From Selaginella moellendorffii (lineage: Eukaryota; Plantae; Lycopodiophyta): a DNA stretch of 64,000 bases. The position numbers and the translations under genes are program-made. The number at the start of each line of letters is the position of its first letter. Within the stretch, counting starts at the first letter, position 1. Positions 24,253-36,500 of the stretch are shown in pieces. The stretch spans positions 737,325 to 801,324 of the forward strand of contig NW_003314292.1 in the NCBI RefSeq assembly GCF_000143415.4. The letters run 5' to 3'. The notes under the pieces were generated by a model. That model worked only from the letters and a program-made list of their open reading frames with translations, did not search any database and was not told the origin of the DNA.

Positions 24253-27200
24253 TGTAGGAATAATGATGAACACGACAAGCAGTCCGAATCGTGATCAGAT
24301 CTCTGGTGATTTCTGATTTGATTGAAGTTGTATATATATATACAGCTATATATGAATCAATGTGTGTTGAAGTGAAATCTGTTGTTCTTGCTCCACTTTT
24401 CTTTCTTGGTATCGGAGCGCTGGTTTCTGAACTCTTTCTTCTCCTTTCTTTGTGCCTCACATCATGAGCTGCAGCAAAGTTGGATTGATCTTGCTTCAGG
24501 GAGTCACTGCCTTTGATGGGAGGAGAGGGTTCAACACTTGGTCCGAGAAAATGATGCGCGTGCTGCAGATGGAAGAACTCTGGGAAATCGTTTCACCACC
24601 AACAATCGCTGCAGATGCTCGTACGCGGCGAGCCCTTGCTACGTTGGGAGCTTCAACTTCAGTGGAAGGAGAAGTCGTGGATGAAGAGGCAATTCATGCC
24701 TCTGTTGCAGCAGCTCGACAACAGCTTGATCCAGGGGAACAAGCTGTGCTGGAAAAGAAGGAATCTCGAGCAAAAGGATTGATTCTTTCTAAGCTTGCAG
24801 ATGCCCTTATGATGCGTTTGCGTCATAAGTGTGCTTGTGAGATCTGGGCTCATCTCCACAACAAGTATGCTGTTCTTTCCCTCTCCAAGATTAGCATGGT
24901 CGAGACTTGCATTCGTGAGACCCGTTTTCATCCAGGCGAGAACTTTGAAGAGTTCCTCGCCAAGATGCAAGATCTGTGGATGGAGCTTGAAGGCAGTCCA
25001 GCAGCGTTCAACGAAAGCAAGAAAGTTCTGGCACTTTGCGAGGCCATGCAAGATTCTTCTTTTAGTTCTTTCGTCCCTACCGTTCGCATGATGTCGCTCA
25101 ACTTTGAACAAGCTGAGCAAACGTTACGCTCGGAGCTGGCTGCGAGAGGTTTGATTGTGGACTTTGATCAAAGGCCTTCCCATGTTTTGATCTCACAGTC
25201 TACATCAAATGCTTCTGCATCAAGCAATCAGTCAGGGACTGATTCAGCTCTGTGGGATGGAAATCATCGAGGCAGAGGAGGCCGCGGAAGAGGAGGACGA
25301 GGCAGAGGTTGCGGGTTTAGGGGAAATCCGCAGCAGCAGCAGAATTCAGGGAATTCTGGTAAAGAAGCAGCACTTCGGGATTGTTTTGTGGGCAAGAACA
25401 AACAGGAATGCTGGACCTGTGGGATGCCAGGGCACTACTCCAAGGATTGCCCAGTTGCAGCTTGGCTGCAGCGCATGAACATAGGGCTCGCAGCAAATGC
25501 TCAGGAAGGGGAAACACAGGAACTTGCGGCATCATCTGAGGTAGCAGTTCCAAACGTTTCTGAAAAACTGACCATCGATTCAGGTTCAGAGAGACACCTA
25601 ATGCAAAGCGGGTCGAACTTTGTGCAGTTGCGTGCTGCAAAAGGGAAGTGCATTCGTGTGGGAGATGGAAGCATTTTACCTGTTCGCGCAACTGGGGATG
25701 TGCGAGTTCCACTGGGAAGAAAGTCTCTGCTCTTGAAGAATGCGTGGTATGTTCCAAAGATAGTGAAGAATCTGGTTTCTGTAGCCAGGCTTACGGATGA
25801 AGGTCTGGATGTGAATTTCTCCAAACATCAATGTCAAGTTCTTGCAAATGGCCATCCATTACTGCATTTTCCCAGATGTGGTAACCTGTTTGAGAAGGAG
25901 ATAGCTTCTGGAGAAAAATCGAATGCTCCTGAGATATGCATGACTGCAGATAGCTCTCTCTGGCATTCTCGACTTGCACATGCCAATCCCCCTCTCATCA
26001 GGCGTATGCAGAAGCAGGAGCTTGTGGATGGCTTCAACGACCACGTTCTTCAAAGTTCAGCAAAATGTCACACTTGCATTCTTGGCAAGCAAACCCGTCG
26101 TACTTTCAAACCTGCTGTGACCAGAAGCACTCGTCCCTTGCAGCTCATTCACTCAGATGTTTGTGGACCCATGCGACTGTTTGCTCAGAATGGCACGAAG
26201 TATTTTGTGACATTTACAGATGATTTCTCCAGGCACACGGACGTCTTCTTTCTTTGTCACAAAGATGAAGTCTTTAGCAAATTCAAGCAATTCGTAGTAG
26301 AAGCCGAAGTGAAAACTGGTCAGAGGGTTGGTTGTTTACGTACTGATTCAGGAGGGGAATACGTCAACAAGTCCTTTCAGCAGTTCTATGCTGAACGAGG
26401 AATTCTTCATCAGCGTTCTTGCTCTCATACCCCTCAACAGAATGGAGTCTCTGAGCGCAAGAATAGGACAATCATGAACGCAGTTCGGTGCTTCCTTCAA
26501 GAATCAGGACTACCAAAATTCCTTTGGGCTGAAGCAGTTGGATCAGCTGTGCATATTCAAAACCTTCTCCCTCATTCTCGCAATCCCAACAAGATCCCAG
26601 AAGAGCTTTGGACTGGTCAAAGACAATCGGTGGTGCATCTCAGGCGTTTTGGTTGTTTAAGCTTTGCAAAAAGGGTGGATGAGCATCTTGGCAAGTTGGA
26701 GAGCAGAAGCAAGCTGGCCTTTCTTGTTGGATACGATTCCAATTCAAAAGGATATCGCCTGTACCAGCCTGGTAATCATCAAATTTTTGTAAGCACTGAT
26801 GTTTGTTTTGATGAAGGAACACTCTACAAAGATCATGTTCAAGAAGAAGGAAGCTCAGATCAGAACATGAACTGGACTCCAGAAGAATGGAGTTGGGATG
26901 GTGTTGAAGACGGTGATGAAGATGACGATGATCTGACAATCATCTATCCCTCATCTCCTTTAGCAGATGATCATCCAACACCAGTCTCTGGATCTTTTCT
27001 TCCTGAAGAACAGGGCGATGCTACTCATCGTGCACGAACTGGAGAAGTCGACAGGCTCACACGTGATCTACCATTCAATGTGGAGAACTATGGGCGGACA
27101 TCATCTGGACGATCAAGCAGAGCACCTCATCCCAAGCAATGGTCTTTTGCAGCAACAGAAATAGCTTCTGAACCAGTCAACTTTGAGCAGGCGATTCAAG

Positions 27201-28897
27201 CTCCTGATGCAGATAAGTGGATTTCAGCAATGCAAGATGAGTTGAATTCTCTTGATGAGAACCAGACTTATGACTTGGTGGAAGCTCCTGAAGGACGTGA
27301 AGTTGTTGGATCACGCTGGGTGTTCAAGCTTCACAGAAATCCTGATGGATCGGTACAGCGTTACAAAGCAAGACTTGTTGCTCAAGGATATTCACAAGTT
27401 CCTGGAGTGGATTTTGATGAGACGTTCTCACCAATTGTGAAGCAGACAAGTATCAGAATGCTTCTGGCTTTTACAGCGGAGTTTGGTTTGTGCGCACATC
27501 ACATGGACGTAAAAACAGCCTTCCTTAATGGGAACTTGAAGGAGGAGATATTTATGCGGCAACCCCCAGGCTTTGAGCTTTTTGGATCCGGTTGTTCCGA
27601 ACTCGTCTGCAAGCTTCGCAAGGCTCTTTATGGCCTTAAGCAGGCTTCCCGTCAGTGGTATGAATGTTTGGATTCTTTTCTTATGGATCTCGGTATGCAG
27701 AGGTTGAACAGCGATGGAAATTTATATCTGCTTCAGCAGGGTGATCACTTTGTTGTGATAGCAGTTTATGTGGACGACTGTTTGATTGTCAGCAACAATC
27801 ACACTGTTTTGAAGGATGTGAAGATCAAGCTTATGAACAGGTTTGTGATGAAGGACTTAGGAGCTGTGCGGCAGCTGTTAGGGATGGAAGTTGACAGGGA
27901 TGAAGCAGACAGGACAATCACCCTCACACAGTGCCAATATGTGAAGAAGCTTCTCAACCAGTTCAACATGACAAGTTGCAAATCCGTGGCTACACCAGTC
28001 GTCACTGGCATCAAGTTCACAAGCAAGATGGATGATTTATTTGATCAGCCCTCGGTCTACCGATCGCTTGTTGGAGGACTACTCTACCTCGCCAACATGA
28101 CTCGCCCCGACATCTCCTTTGCCGTTGGTCTCCTCAGCCGATACATGCAGTCTCCGAGTTGTTATCATTGGCAGATGGCGAAGAGAGTTTTGAGGTATTT
28201 GAAAGGAACGGCTGCTCATGGATTAGTTTACAAATGCTCAGGTCAATCCAAACTTGTTCTTCAAGCTTACTGCGATGCAGATTGGGCTGGCAACTTGGAT
28301 ACACGACATTCAACCTCCGGAATTTGCTGCATAATTGCCGGTGCTCCGGTTTCATGGGGAAGCAAGAAGCAAACGACAATTGCTCTTTCCAGTGCAGAAG
28401 CAGAATACGTAGCTGCCAGTACAGCAGCAAGGGAGATCATCTGGCTTCGTCGATTACTTGGAGAACTCAATCAACAGCAATCAGATGCGACCATTCTACA
28501 TTGCGACAGCAGAAGTGCAATCGCCATGTCAAAGAATCCTGTGTTTCATGCTCGTACGAAACATATAGACGTGCAGCATCACTTCATTCGCGAACATGTA
28601 GCAGCCGGAGATCTTCACCTGGAATACGTTCCTTCACAGTATCAGTTGGCGGACCTTCTAACCAAGCCACTTTTGGAGCTCACATTCATCAAGCTGAGGA
28701 ATCAACTTGGAGTGTCAAGCACACCCTCAGCTTGAAGGGGGAGTGTAGGAATAATGATGAACACGACAAGCAGTCCGAATCGTGATCAGATCTCTGGTGA
28801 TTTCTGATTTGATTGAAGTTGTATATATATATACAGCTATATATGAATCAATGTGTGTTGAAGTGAAATCTGTTGTTCTTGCTCCGCTTTTCTTTCT
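24253..28897 (+). mobile_element. intact Ty1/copia retrotransposon; 154-bp LTRs 24253-24406 and 28744-28897
   Basis: TSD GCCAA; LTRs differ at 1 nt; PBS TGGTATCGGAGC; PPT GAAGGGGGAG; termini TG..CT. Confidence 0.97.
24464..28735 (+). CDS. copia gag-pol polyprotein (1423 aa)
   Basis: CCHC knuckle CWTCGMPGHYSKDC, protease IDSGS, integrase HSDVCGP/RTDSGGEY/QNGVSER, RT YVDD, RNase H ADWAG..ADLLTK; no stops. Confidence 0.97.
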   Translation: MSCSKVGLILLQGVTAFDGRRGFNTWSEKMMRVLQMEELWEIVSPPTIAADARTRRALATLGASTSVEGEVVDEEAIHASVAAARQQLDPGEQAVLEKKESRAKGLILSKLADALMMRLRHKCACEIWAHLHNKYAVLSLSKISMVETCIRETRFHPGENFEEFLAKMQDLWMELEGSPAAFNESKKVLALCEAMQDSSFSSFVPTVRMMSLNFEQAEQTLRSELAARGLIVDFDQRPSHVLISQSTSNASASSNQSGTDSALWDGNHRGRGGRGRGGRGRGCGFRGNPQQQQNSGNSGKEAALRDCFVGKNKQECWTCGMPGHYSKDCPVAAWLQRMNIGLAANAQEGETQELAASSEVAVPNVSEKLTIDSGSERHLMQSGSNFVQLRAAKGKCIRVGDGSILPVRATGDVRVPLGRKSLLLKNAWYVPKIVKNLVSVARLTDEGLDVNFSKHQCQVLANGHPLLHFPRCGNLFEKEIASGEKSNAPEICMTADSSLWHSRLAHANPPLIRRMQKQELVDGFNDHVLQSSAKCHTCILGKQTRRTFKPAVTRSTRPLQLIHSDVCGPMRLFAQNGTKYFVTFTDDFSRHTDVFFLCHKDEVFSKFKQFVVEAEVKTGQRVGCLRTDSGGEYVNKSFQQFYAERGILHQRSCSHTPQQNGVSERKNRTIMNAVRCFLQESGLPKFLWAEAVGSAVHIQNLLPHSRNPNKIPEELWTGQRQSVVHLRRFGCLSFAKRVDEHLGKLESRSKLAFLVGYDSNSKGYRLYQPGNHQIFVSTDVCFDEGTLYKDHVQEEGSSDQNMNWTPEEWSWDGVEDGDEDDDDLTIIYPSSPLADDHPTPVSGSFLPEEQGDATHRARTGEVDRLTRDLPFNVENYGRTSSGRSSRAPHPKQWSFAATEIASEPVNFEQAIQAPDADKWISAMQDELNSLDENQTYDLVEAPEGREVVGSRWVFKLHRNPDGSVQRYKARLVAQGYSQVPGVDFDETFSPIVKQTSIRMLLAFTAEFGLCAHHMDVKTAFLNGNLKEEIFMRQPPGFELFGSGCSELVCKLRKALYGLKQASRQWYECLDSFLMDLGMQRLNSDGNLYLLQQGDHFVVIAVYVDDCLIVSNNHTVLKDVKIKLMNRFVMKDLGAVRQLLGMEVDRDEADRTITLTQCQYVKKLLNQFNMTSCKSVATPVVTGIKFTSKMDDLFDQPSVYRSLVGGLLYLANMTRPDISFAVGLLSRYMQSPSCYHWQMAKRVLRYLKGTAAHGLVYKCSGQSKLVLQAYCDADWAGNLDTRHSTSGICCIIAGAPVSWGSKKQTTIALSSAEAEYVAASTAAREIIWLRRLLGELNQQQSDATILHCDSRSAIAMSKNPVFHARTKHIDVQHHFIREHVAAGDLHLEYVPSQYQLADLLTKPLLELTFIKLRNQLGVSSTPSA

Positions 28898-30268
28898 GCC
28901 AAAACATGCTTCGAGCTTTTCTTTGAACAACTGAAGATCCATTAACTCCGGAACCACAACCCCTTTCATGCTCTTCTCCAGGAGAGGAGAAAACCATGAC
29001 AAAGTTGCACCTTCGAACAGCATCTTGATCGCACCGATTTGAGACTCGGGAGTGGGGTACCGCTAATGTTAAAGTGCGAAGATCAGCTCCATCTAGTTCA
29101 GGAATCCACGAAGCTCCAAACGCTTGCTTGAGAACTTCGCCGGGAAACTCACCTTCGGTTCAGGAACTCTGCTTGATCCTTGAGCCGAAAGTGAAGCAAG
29201 CTCTTGTTGCATATGAAGAAGGGTCACCTTCAGCTCGGTATTCTTATACTAGATTTTTGCAAGGGCTTCGGCAAAGAAATTAAGATGGCTTGGAGACTCC
29301 ATCGGCAAAGAGGAAAGAAAAGGGGGGAAAAAGGCAAAGGCAGTCAAACAATCAAAATGAGCTAAAGCAAAAGCAAAAAACACAATCTAAATCAAATTGT
29401 CAAGACCCCCAAGAGGATCAAGACTGGAAAATGTAGAAGACAAAGAGAAAAGTTAGTGGAAATGAAGAAAAGGCCTTAGACTGGCGTTGATTCAGATTGT
29501 GGAGAAATGGAACAAGGCTAACCTATATATACTATAGGTTGATGAAGCTCCACCACTCTTGGATCAAGGACAGCCTAAATATAGCTGAGGTCAAGGAGGC
29601 ACCACATCATCATCAAGAATGTGGTTCGAGACTCAGGAATCATACGGGAAATCAGAGAGTCAGGAATAGGGAAGTGTTTCGAGAGTCAGGAATATGGTCT
29701 ACGGGTCAGGAATCCGGTGAGAGTCAGGAATGTGGCAAGAATTGGGGGATTCCTGACACTACTGCTTGATTCTAAGGACAAGGGCGAGGCCATGGTCGTA
29801 GCTGTGATGTTTGTTGTTGGGCGTGTGATAAAGTTGGTCATATTTATTGGCGTTGTCTGTATTTTCCAGATTGGCCATTTCCTGGGTGAAGACCTTGGCG
29901 TCAACAACATCCTATTGGTGTTGTTGCAGTGGAAGGTTTAGACACTAAGATGCATATGGGAAACAAGGAGTCACACAAGTAACAGAGGGACCTTATGCGA
30001 ATAAGTCAATGACCCTTCCATCTTTCTTTTGGGAGTATCATCAAGGGAATCACTCGGCACCAGTTCATCTAGTGTTTACTTTCCAAGCTTGTTTTTATAA
30101 CAAACGGTCTCTTATCATTCTCTCCATGTTGGTTGATATAAGTTCGAGTTTATCTTTTATTGCTCGACCTGTTGCCACACATTGCTATTTACACTTGCGT
30201 CATGCAGTGGAGTCAGGTTTCATTCTTTATGGCAACTGCCGTACACATACATGTGCACGGGATGAGGT

Positions 30269-31414
30269 TGTAGTGCACATGGTTTTTACCCTTTATCCTA
30301 TGGTGATTTACCATAAGATAATACCACGAAGTGGAACCTAAACCCTCCATGTGCCACATGTCATATGCCATATGAGACATGCCATATGTCCAAAAGACAA
30401 TGGTGTGGAACATGAGGTTCAAGGCCTTGGGCCACTGAACGAAGGAATGGTGCCAAACCCCCAAGCATGGAGATAAGGAGTGATGGAACTAGACCACAAA
30501 GTAACTCCCAAGCATACAGCCCAAGGAGCGAAGGGACAGAAGCACAGAGTGACTTGAAACAATCCTAGAGCAACCAGCATCCCAATGCCAGGACTAGCAT
30601 GCAAAACGGAGCCAAATAGAGTCTAGCATTATTTCAGCATACTCATGGCCTAACACGAGGATATGGGTACTCTACTAGTTAGCATGGTGTGGAGCTTGGG
30701 CTTAGACCCAAGCCGGACGTAGAATAAGGACAGGCACACAAGTGAGAACTAAACTATGTCTCAGATTGGTTGGCCATGCCCAACCTCCCCACCATCCCTA
30801 CTATACATTTGAAACCCCCCACAGCACCCTTTTGCCCCCCCTCCCTTGAGGAACACACGCTTTGGGCTTTCACCCTAAGCCTCCCTTAGTACTAGGAATT
30901 AATCTCTAGGACAAGCTCAAAACTTACTAAATATAAAGTGTTTCTAGATTGTGAATTTAGACATGGGACAAACACCATTGTGTTCAGAACAATCTCTACA
31001 TTCTGTAAATATGCCAAATGAGCAGATTTAAACACTTTTTATAAATAGCATTTGGGACTGGAATGAAACTAACATAAAGGGCATGATAGTGAGGGTGTTT
31101 GGTAGACATGGTAAGCTATCATTTAGTGAATATTGAGGGGCCAAGCTCAATATCATAGGGGTTCCCAACACTAGCAAGTGCAAGTCAACAAATGAGTTTC
31201 TCTAACCAGGTCAAGTATGCTTAACTAATAACACTTAGAAATTCCGTCCTTATGCTCATCTGGTTAAGTGCACACGCAAAGATTAGTTTCTCAACTAGCT
31301 TAGGCAAAGATTGATAACAAGTCCAACAATACCGACTTCCTGGTAGTAAGGAAAGAATATCCGAAAGGACTAGCCGATAGGTAACTTTCGATACCCAAAG
31401 TCATATTTGCGATA
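30269..31414 (-). mobile_element. old solo LTR of the LARD family
   Basis: Diverged reverse complement of LTR 39397-40539; degenerate TSD GAGGT/AAGGC. Confidence 0.8.
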
Positions 31415-33538
31415 AAGGCAGACTTAGTTGTGCATGTGGGTGATCTCGAGCTTATGTTGCAATCACTGTAGGTGGTGCCGAGTCAAGCTTTTAACCTCAT
31501 CCTTTATATGGATTGATTGCAGCGCAATTATGCCAAGTGTGATTTTGAGGTTTCTCCCCTTGTTTCATACTTCTTTATATTTTATCCATTCTTCTCACTT
31601 CCGTACCTCTTCGTCCCTTTGCTTCTACTTCTGCTTCCATTACTTTTATCCCCCCACTACTTCCTCCTACGTTTCCATCATGCTTTACTCTTCCCTTTTC
31701 TGATCCCTCTGACAATCTTTGTGTTGTAGCGGTTGACTGGATCATGAAGGAGTATTCTGATCTCTTTGAATTTGACCTATTGTTTGGGGCCAAGATTGCC
31801 ACACGTCATCTGATTCTAATCAAGGATGCTCATACAATCAAGGTTCCTATTCATTATTGGTCACCCACTGCACCATTGTGAGTGTTACTGAAGTCATCAA
31901 CGTCTTATTTCATCTAGCCTTTGGATTGTGAGTGGGCATTCATGGATCTCAAAGAGCTATTGTTGACTCCCCCAGTTTTGGCATATTCTGATTACATTTG
32001 ACCTTTTATTTTGTGCATGGATACTTCTGATATTGGTCTTGGAGGTGTGTTGATGCAAGAGAACCTAAGTGTACTTGGTCAATGCCATCCCATTGCATAT
32101 ATAAGCCATACATTACAACAAGTGGAGGTGAACTACTCCATAATAGAGGAGTGTTTAGCAACAGTCTAGGGTTTCAAGAAACTTCATGCATATTTATATG
32201 GTTCTCAGACATTACTTAAAGGTGATCATGCTGCCGTTACTTCATTATTGAAGTGAAAGAACTTAGTTGATCATACTACTTAATGGGCTTTGAAGCTTCA
32301 AATATATAATTTTGATGTTGTTCATCACCCAGGGAGTTCTATGGCTGATGTTAATGCCCTTTCTCGAACTCCTCTTCCTTCTCCACTCTCTCTCATGTTT
32401 TTGACAAGCTTGCTATTGCAGCATCTATGGATTTTCTAGACAAGGATTCTGTGTTGTTAGCGATTGTTATACTTGACATTTAGTATTCATAAAGTGCAAA
32501 GCAAGATTTACCTTCTCTTGATGAGGTTTATGAGGCTCAAAATATTGAGCCGTGGATTTGAAAGCTTTGAGATGGGTTTGAGAATCCTACATCACTTGCT
32601 GATGACTTGCCTTTTAGGCATTTACATTCTCAATATTGCTTTGAAGACCGCCTTTTTTATTTTGTGGGGACGGATTTTAATGATCATTTACGGCTAGTGG
32701 TGCCTTCAATATTTATTCTATGGTTTCTCTATGCCTACCATAATTCTCCTATTTTAGGTGGGCATATGGGACATTGTTGTATGACTGAGAAGCTATGCAA
32801 GTCTTTCTATTGGCCAAAGATGCAACATGATGTTATCCGTTATGTGCGTAGCTGCGTTTTGTGCCAAGCTCGTAATACTCCCCCTCATGCCGCGGAAGGA
32901 TGGTTAAAGTCAATTGTAGTTTCCCATCCATTTGAGTTGGTGGTGTTTAATCTTATGGGACATTTTCCATGATCGACTACTGATAATGAATATGTTATTA
33001 TTGCTTCTGACTATTTAACTCGTTGAGTGGAAGTTGGTGCTCTTGCTAGCACCTCTACAACTATTGTTGGATACTTCCTCCTTAATCAAGTGGTATTCTA
33101 GTATTTTTGTCTAGAGTAGATTCTTTTAGATAATAGTCCCGCATTTATGGTTAATGCATTTCATGTTTTAACATCTCAATTGGGGATATGCCACACTTTC
33201 GCAAGTGCTTATCATCCACAGTCAGACAGTTTGGTGGAACGGTTTGTTCGGAACTTTAAAGGAATAATTGTGAAGTACATGAACTTTTAGCATTCGGATT
33301 GAGATGGTTATTTACCGCCTCTTCGGTATACATATATCACAGAAGTGCCGAGTTTTGTTAGTGCTTTGCCATATAAATTTTTATATGGTCATGATCCAAT
33401 ATTACTAACGAAGTTGGGTTTACTTTTGCGATTGCCACAAGCTGCCGATGCTAGGTTTTGGGATCAGTATTTGACGAACATTCTTCCATTTGTCTGAGCA
33501 GAGTTTATTGAACACTTAGGCCATAGATCTCTAGGTGA

Positions 33539-36500
33539 TGTCGCGAATGTGACTTCGGGTATCGAAAGTTACCTGTCGGCCAATCCTTACGGACACTCTT
33601 ACCTTACTGCCACGACGGCAGGAGGTCGGTATTGCTGGACCCGTTATTAGTCTCCGCCTAAGCTAGTTGAGAAACTGGTCCTCGCGTGTGCACTTGACCA
33701 GATGGGCATAAGGACGGAATTCCTAAGTGCTATTAGTCAAGCATACTTGACTTGGTTAGAGAAACTCATTCGTTGACTTGCACTTGCTAGTGTTGGGAAC
33801 CCCCGCGATATTGAGCTTGGTCCCTCAACATCGCTATATGATAGCTTACCGTGTCTGCCAAACACCCTCGCTATCATGCCCTTTGTGTTAGTCTCAATTT
33901 GTCCCAGATGCTATTTATGGAAAGTGTCCAGATTTGCTCATTTGGCATATCTACGGAATGTAGAGATTGGCCTGAACACAATGGTGTTCGTCCCGTGTCC
34001 AAATTCGCAATCTAAGGACATTCCATATTTAGTAAGTTTCGAGCGTCCGGCTTGGGTCTAAGCCCAAGTTCCATTCTATGCTAGTTGGTGGAGTACCCAT
34101 ATCCTCGTGTTAGGCCACCGGTATGCCGAAATAGCGCCAGACTCCGTTTGGCTCCATTTTGCGTGCTGGTCCTGGCATTGGGATGCTGGTTGCTCTAGGA
34201 CTGTTCCAAGTCGCTCCGGGCCCCTGTCCCTTCGCTCCTTGGGCTATATGCTCGGGAGTTGCTCCGTGGTCCGGTTTCATCACTCCTTGGCGTCACGCTT
34301 GGGAGTTTGGCACTGTTCCTTCGTTCAGTGGCCCAAGGCCCTGAACCTCGGGTTCCTATGGACACGTGGCACGGACACGTGGTATGTGACACGTGGCATC
34401 TGTCACGTGGCACAAAGAGGGTTTAGGTTCCGCTTCGTGGTGTTATCCTATGGTAAATCACCATAGGATAAAGGGTCAAAACCACGTGCGCTACATTTGG
34501 TATCAGAGGATGAGTCTCAGCGAGTACTATTCAATGAGATTGGGCAACTAGTCTTGTTGCATACGCAGAGATGAAAACGATGATCCGAGTGGGTACACGT
34601 TTGGGTGCAAAGACTTCGCAATCGTTCCTTGGGTATGGATTCGGTTACCTTCTTGTACCGTAATTATGTGAGCTTGCTCTTGGGCTCATAAGATGGATTT
34701 GAGTTGTTCCAGTAGCACGAGTTTGCGCTTGGGCTCGTGAGTGAGGCACGTTAGCAACTCAAGGTTACACTTTGAGTTGGCAGGATTAATGTTAGCCTAT
34801 CATTGGTTCCATGAGTTATTCCTTGTACCATGGGTGAAAGCAAACCTACTTGGGTTTGCTATGAGTGGCAAATAGGCTGGTCCGTAGCTGTTTAGCACGG
34901 CACTAGTGGATCCTTCCTAGGCATGATTATAATTGGATCAGTCAAGACTGTAGGGAATAGTCTATTGGTGCAAGTAATCATTGCCATGCTCTCTCATAAA
35001 CTTTTCTTCGATTGAACTGAAGGCAGTGCGAAAGCAAGCTTGAGGTTTGGTCAAAGATGAGACCGAAAAGAGAGTCATCGGGGACGAAGGATCAAACACG
35101 TAAATCATTTTCTCTTCTTGGAGAGATGATTTGCAACGAGGTGTTAACTCATTGCTTGTGTTCACATCATGCAATCAAGAGTCCCTATCCTGATGCATGT
35201 TGGAGATGGTGGTTTTACAATGGTGAGTTGTGGGATGGATAGCAGTGAAGCGCTAAACCATTTTATCTAAGCTTGCTATTGGAAGACTTGGGTTGCAATG
35301 CTCAATTCTTTTCCGGGGAACCTTGCTATTGCTCCTTGAGTAGCTTGGTGTTGGATTAGTGTTGAGTTTGGTCAGAAAGAGAGTGGCATGAGCTTGTCCG
35401 TGTTATGAACAAAAGTTAGTGGTGTTGGGTGTCGTAAATCTCTATTGGTGGAGTGTGGCATTTATATTGCATTTTGTCGAATCGAGTTGGCATTTGATAC
35501 TCACATAAACGTTTAAAGTAATGACATAAGCCTTGCTCATTGCGTTACTCAATTGATGATCAAGTCATTGTGATTTATATCATATCCATGTGATAATGAG
35601 CAATGTGTTTACGAAGTTGCTTGGGTAAATGATGATCAACCCCAAAGTGGTTGATGGAGAAGCTAGTCTACTTGCACGAAGTAGCATTGTAGTAGCTTTG
35701 ACTGAATTCTCGGAGATGGTCCATTATGCTAAGCTTAAGTTGGTACCTTGTTTCCTTGAGGGTTTGCCCATAAGGTGTTAGGAATGGGTTGTAGCATTCA
35801 TTTGCTATAGCTCATATGTTGATCCGTTAGCACTTGGAGTAGATTATTGGATGGAGAAGGTGTGAGATGGATGCATTGACATCGCTAGCACTTGTGTTAG
35901 TGGAAGTGGCATTGTTGATTCGAGTGATGAGGAATTTTCCTTAGAGCTTGATTTTCCATGTCATTTTTCTTGTTAGTGTTTTGGCTTTACATTGGATCTT
36001 GAAGGTGGTTGAAGAAGAGTGTTAGTGCAATGTGGATATCTGAAGATGTGGTCTTCGTGATCAAGCCTTGGATGTTCATTTTGCATTTTGCAGATGTCGG
36101 TGTTGGATGTCGGAAAAATGGGCAAAGATGTTCGATGCTTAAGCATGTTGTTCGATCATGAGAATTTGTGTTGAGGTGAGCCTATGTGAAGTTGTTGGTA
36201 GGAGGAAGTTGGTTGAGTCTTGAAAGTTTGCATTCCTGGACTGAGAGTTATTCTTTCTCTAGGATGGAAATTTTCCACAAATTTTCTTAGACTTTTCCAA
36301 TGGCTGATCTATTGATCATTTTGTCCGAAAACCATTCCATTTTCGAAAGCCAGTACAAACTAGTGAAGGGGTTGGAGTTGACTTCGGTTGGCTTAGATCT
36401 TAGTAAGTAGTTTGTATGATGCAGCCCGAAAGGGATGCTGACTTTTGAGGCTAAGGCAATTAAGTTGGATAGAGTCTAGAGTTGGTATAGAAAAGTGGCC

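Larger units (their letters stand above)
19623..29758 (-). mobile_element. Ty3/gypsy chromovirus (Tcn1/Tf1-like), full length but decayed; LTRs 29398-29758 (5') and 19623-19984 (3')
   Basis: TSD CTACT; PPT next to the 3' LTR; protease ALLDSGAT, RT VYLNDILIYS, RNase H EADASNFAIGAVL, integrase PWESISMDF..VSDRGPQF, chromodomain EYEV*DILDS..YYLVD*KVY..RT*EP; many stops. Confidence 0.92.

Noticed and set aside
24125-24460. ORFs sharing KKSGARTTDFTSTH (also 28727-29023)
   Set aside because: Read-through of copia LTRs into interrupted chromovirus gag; not separate genes
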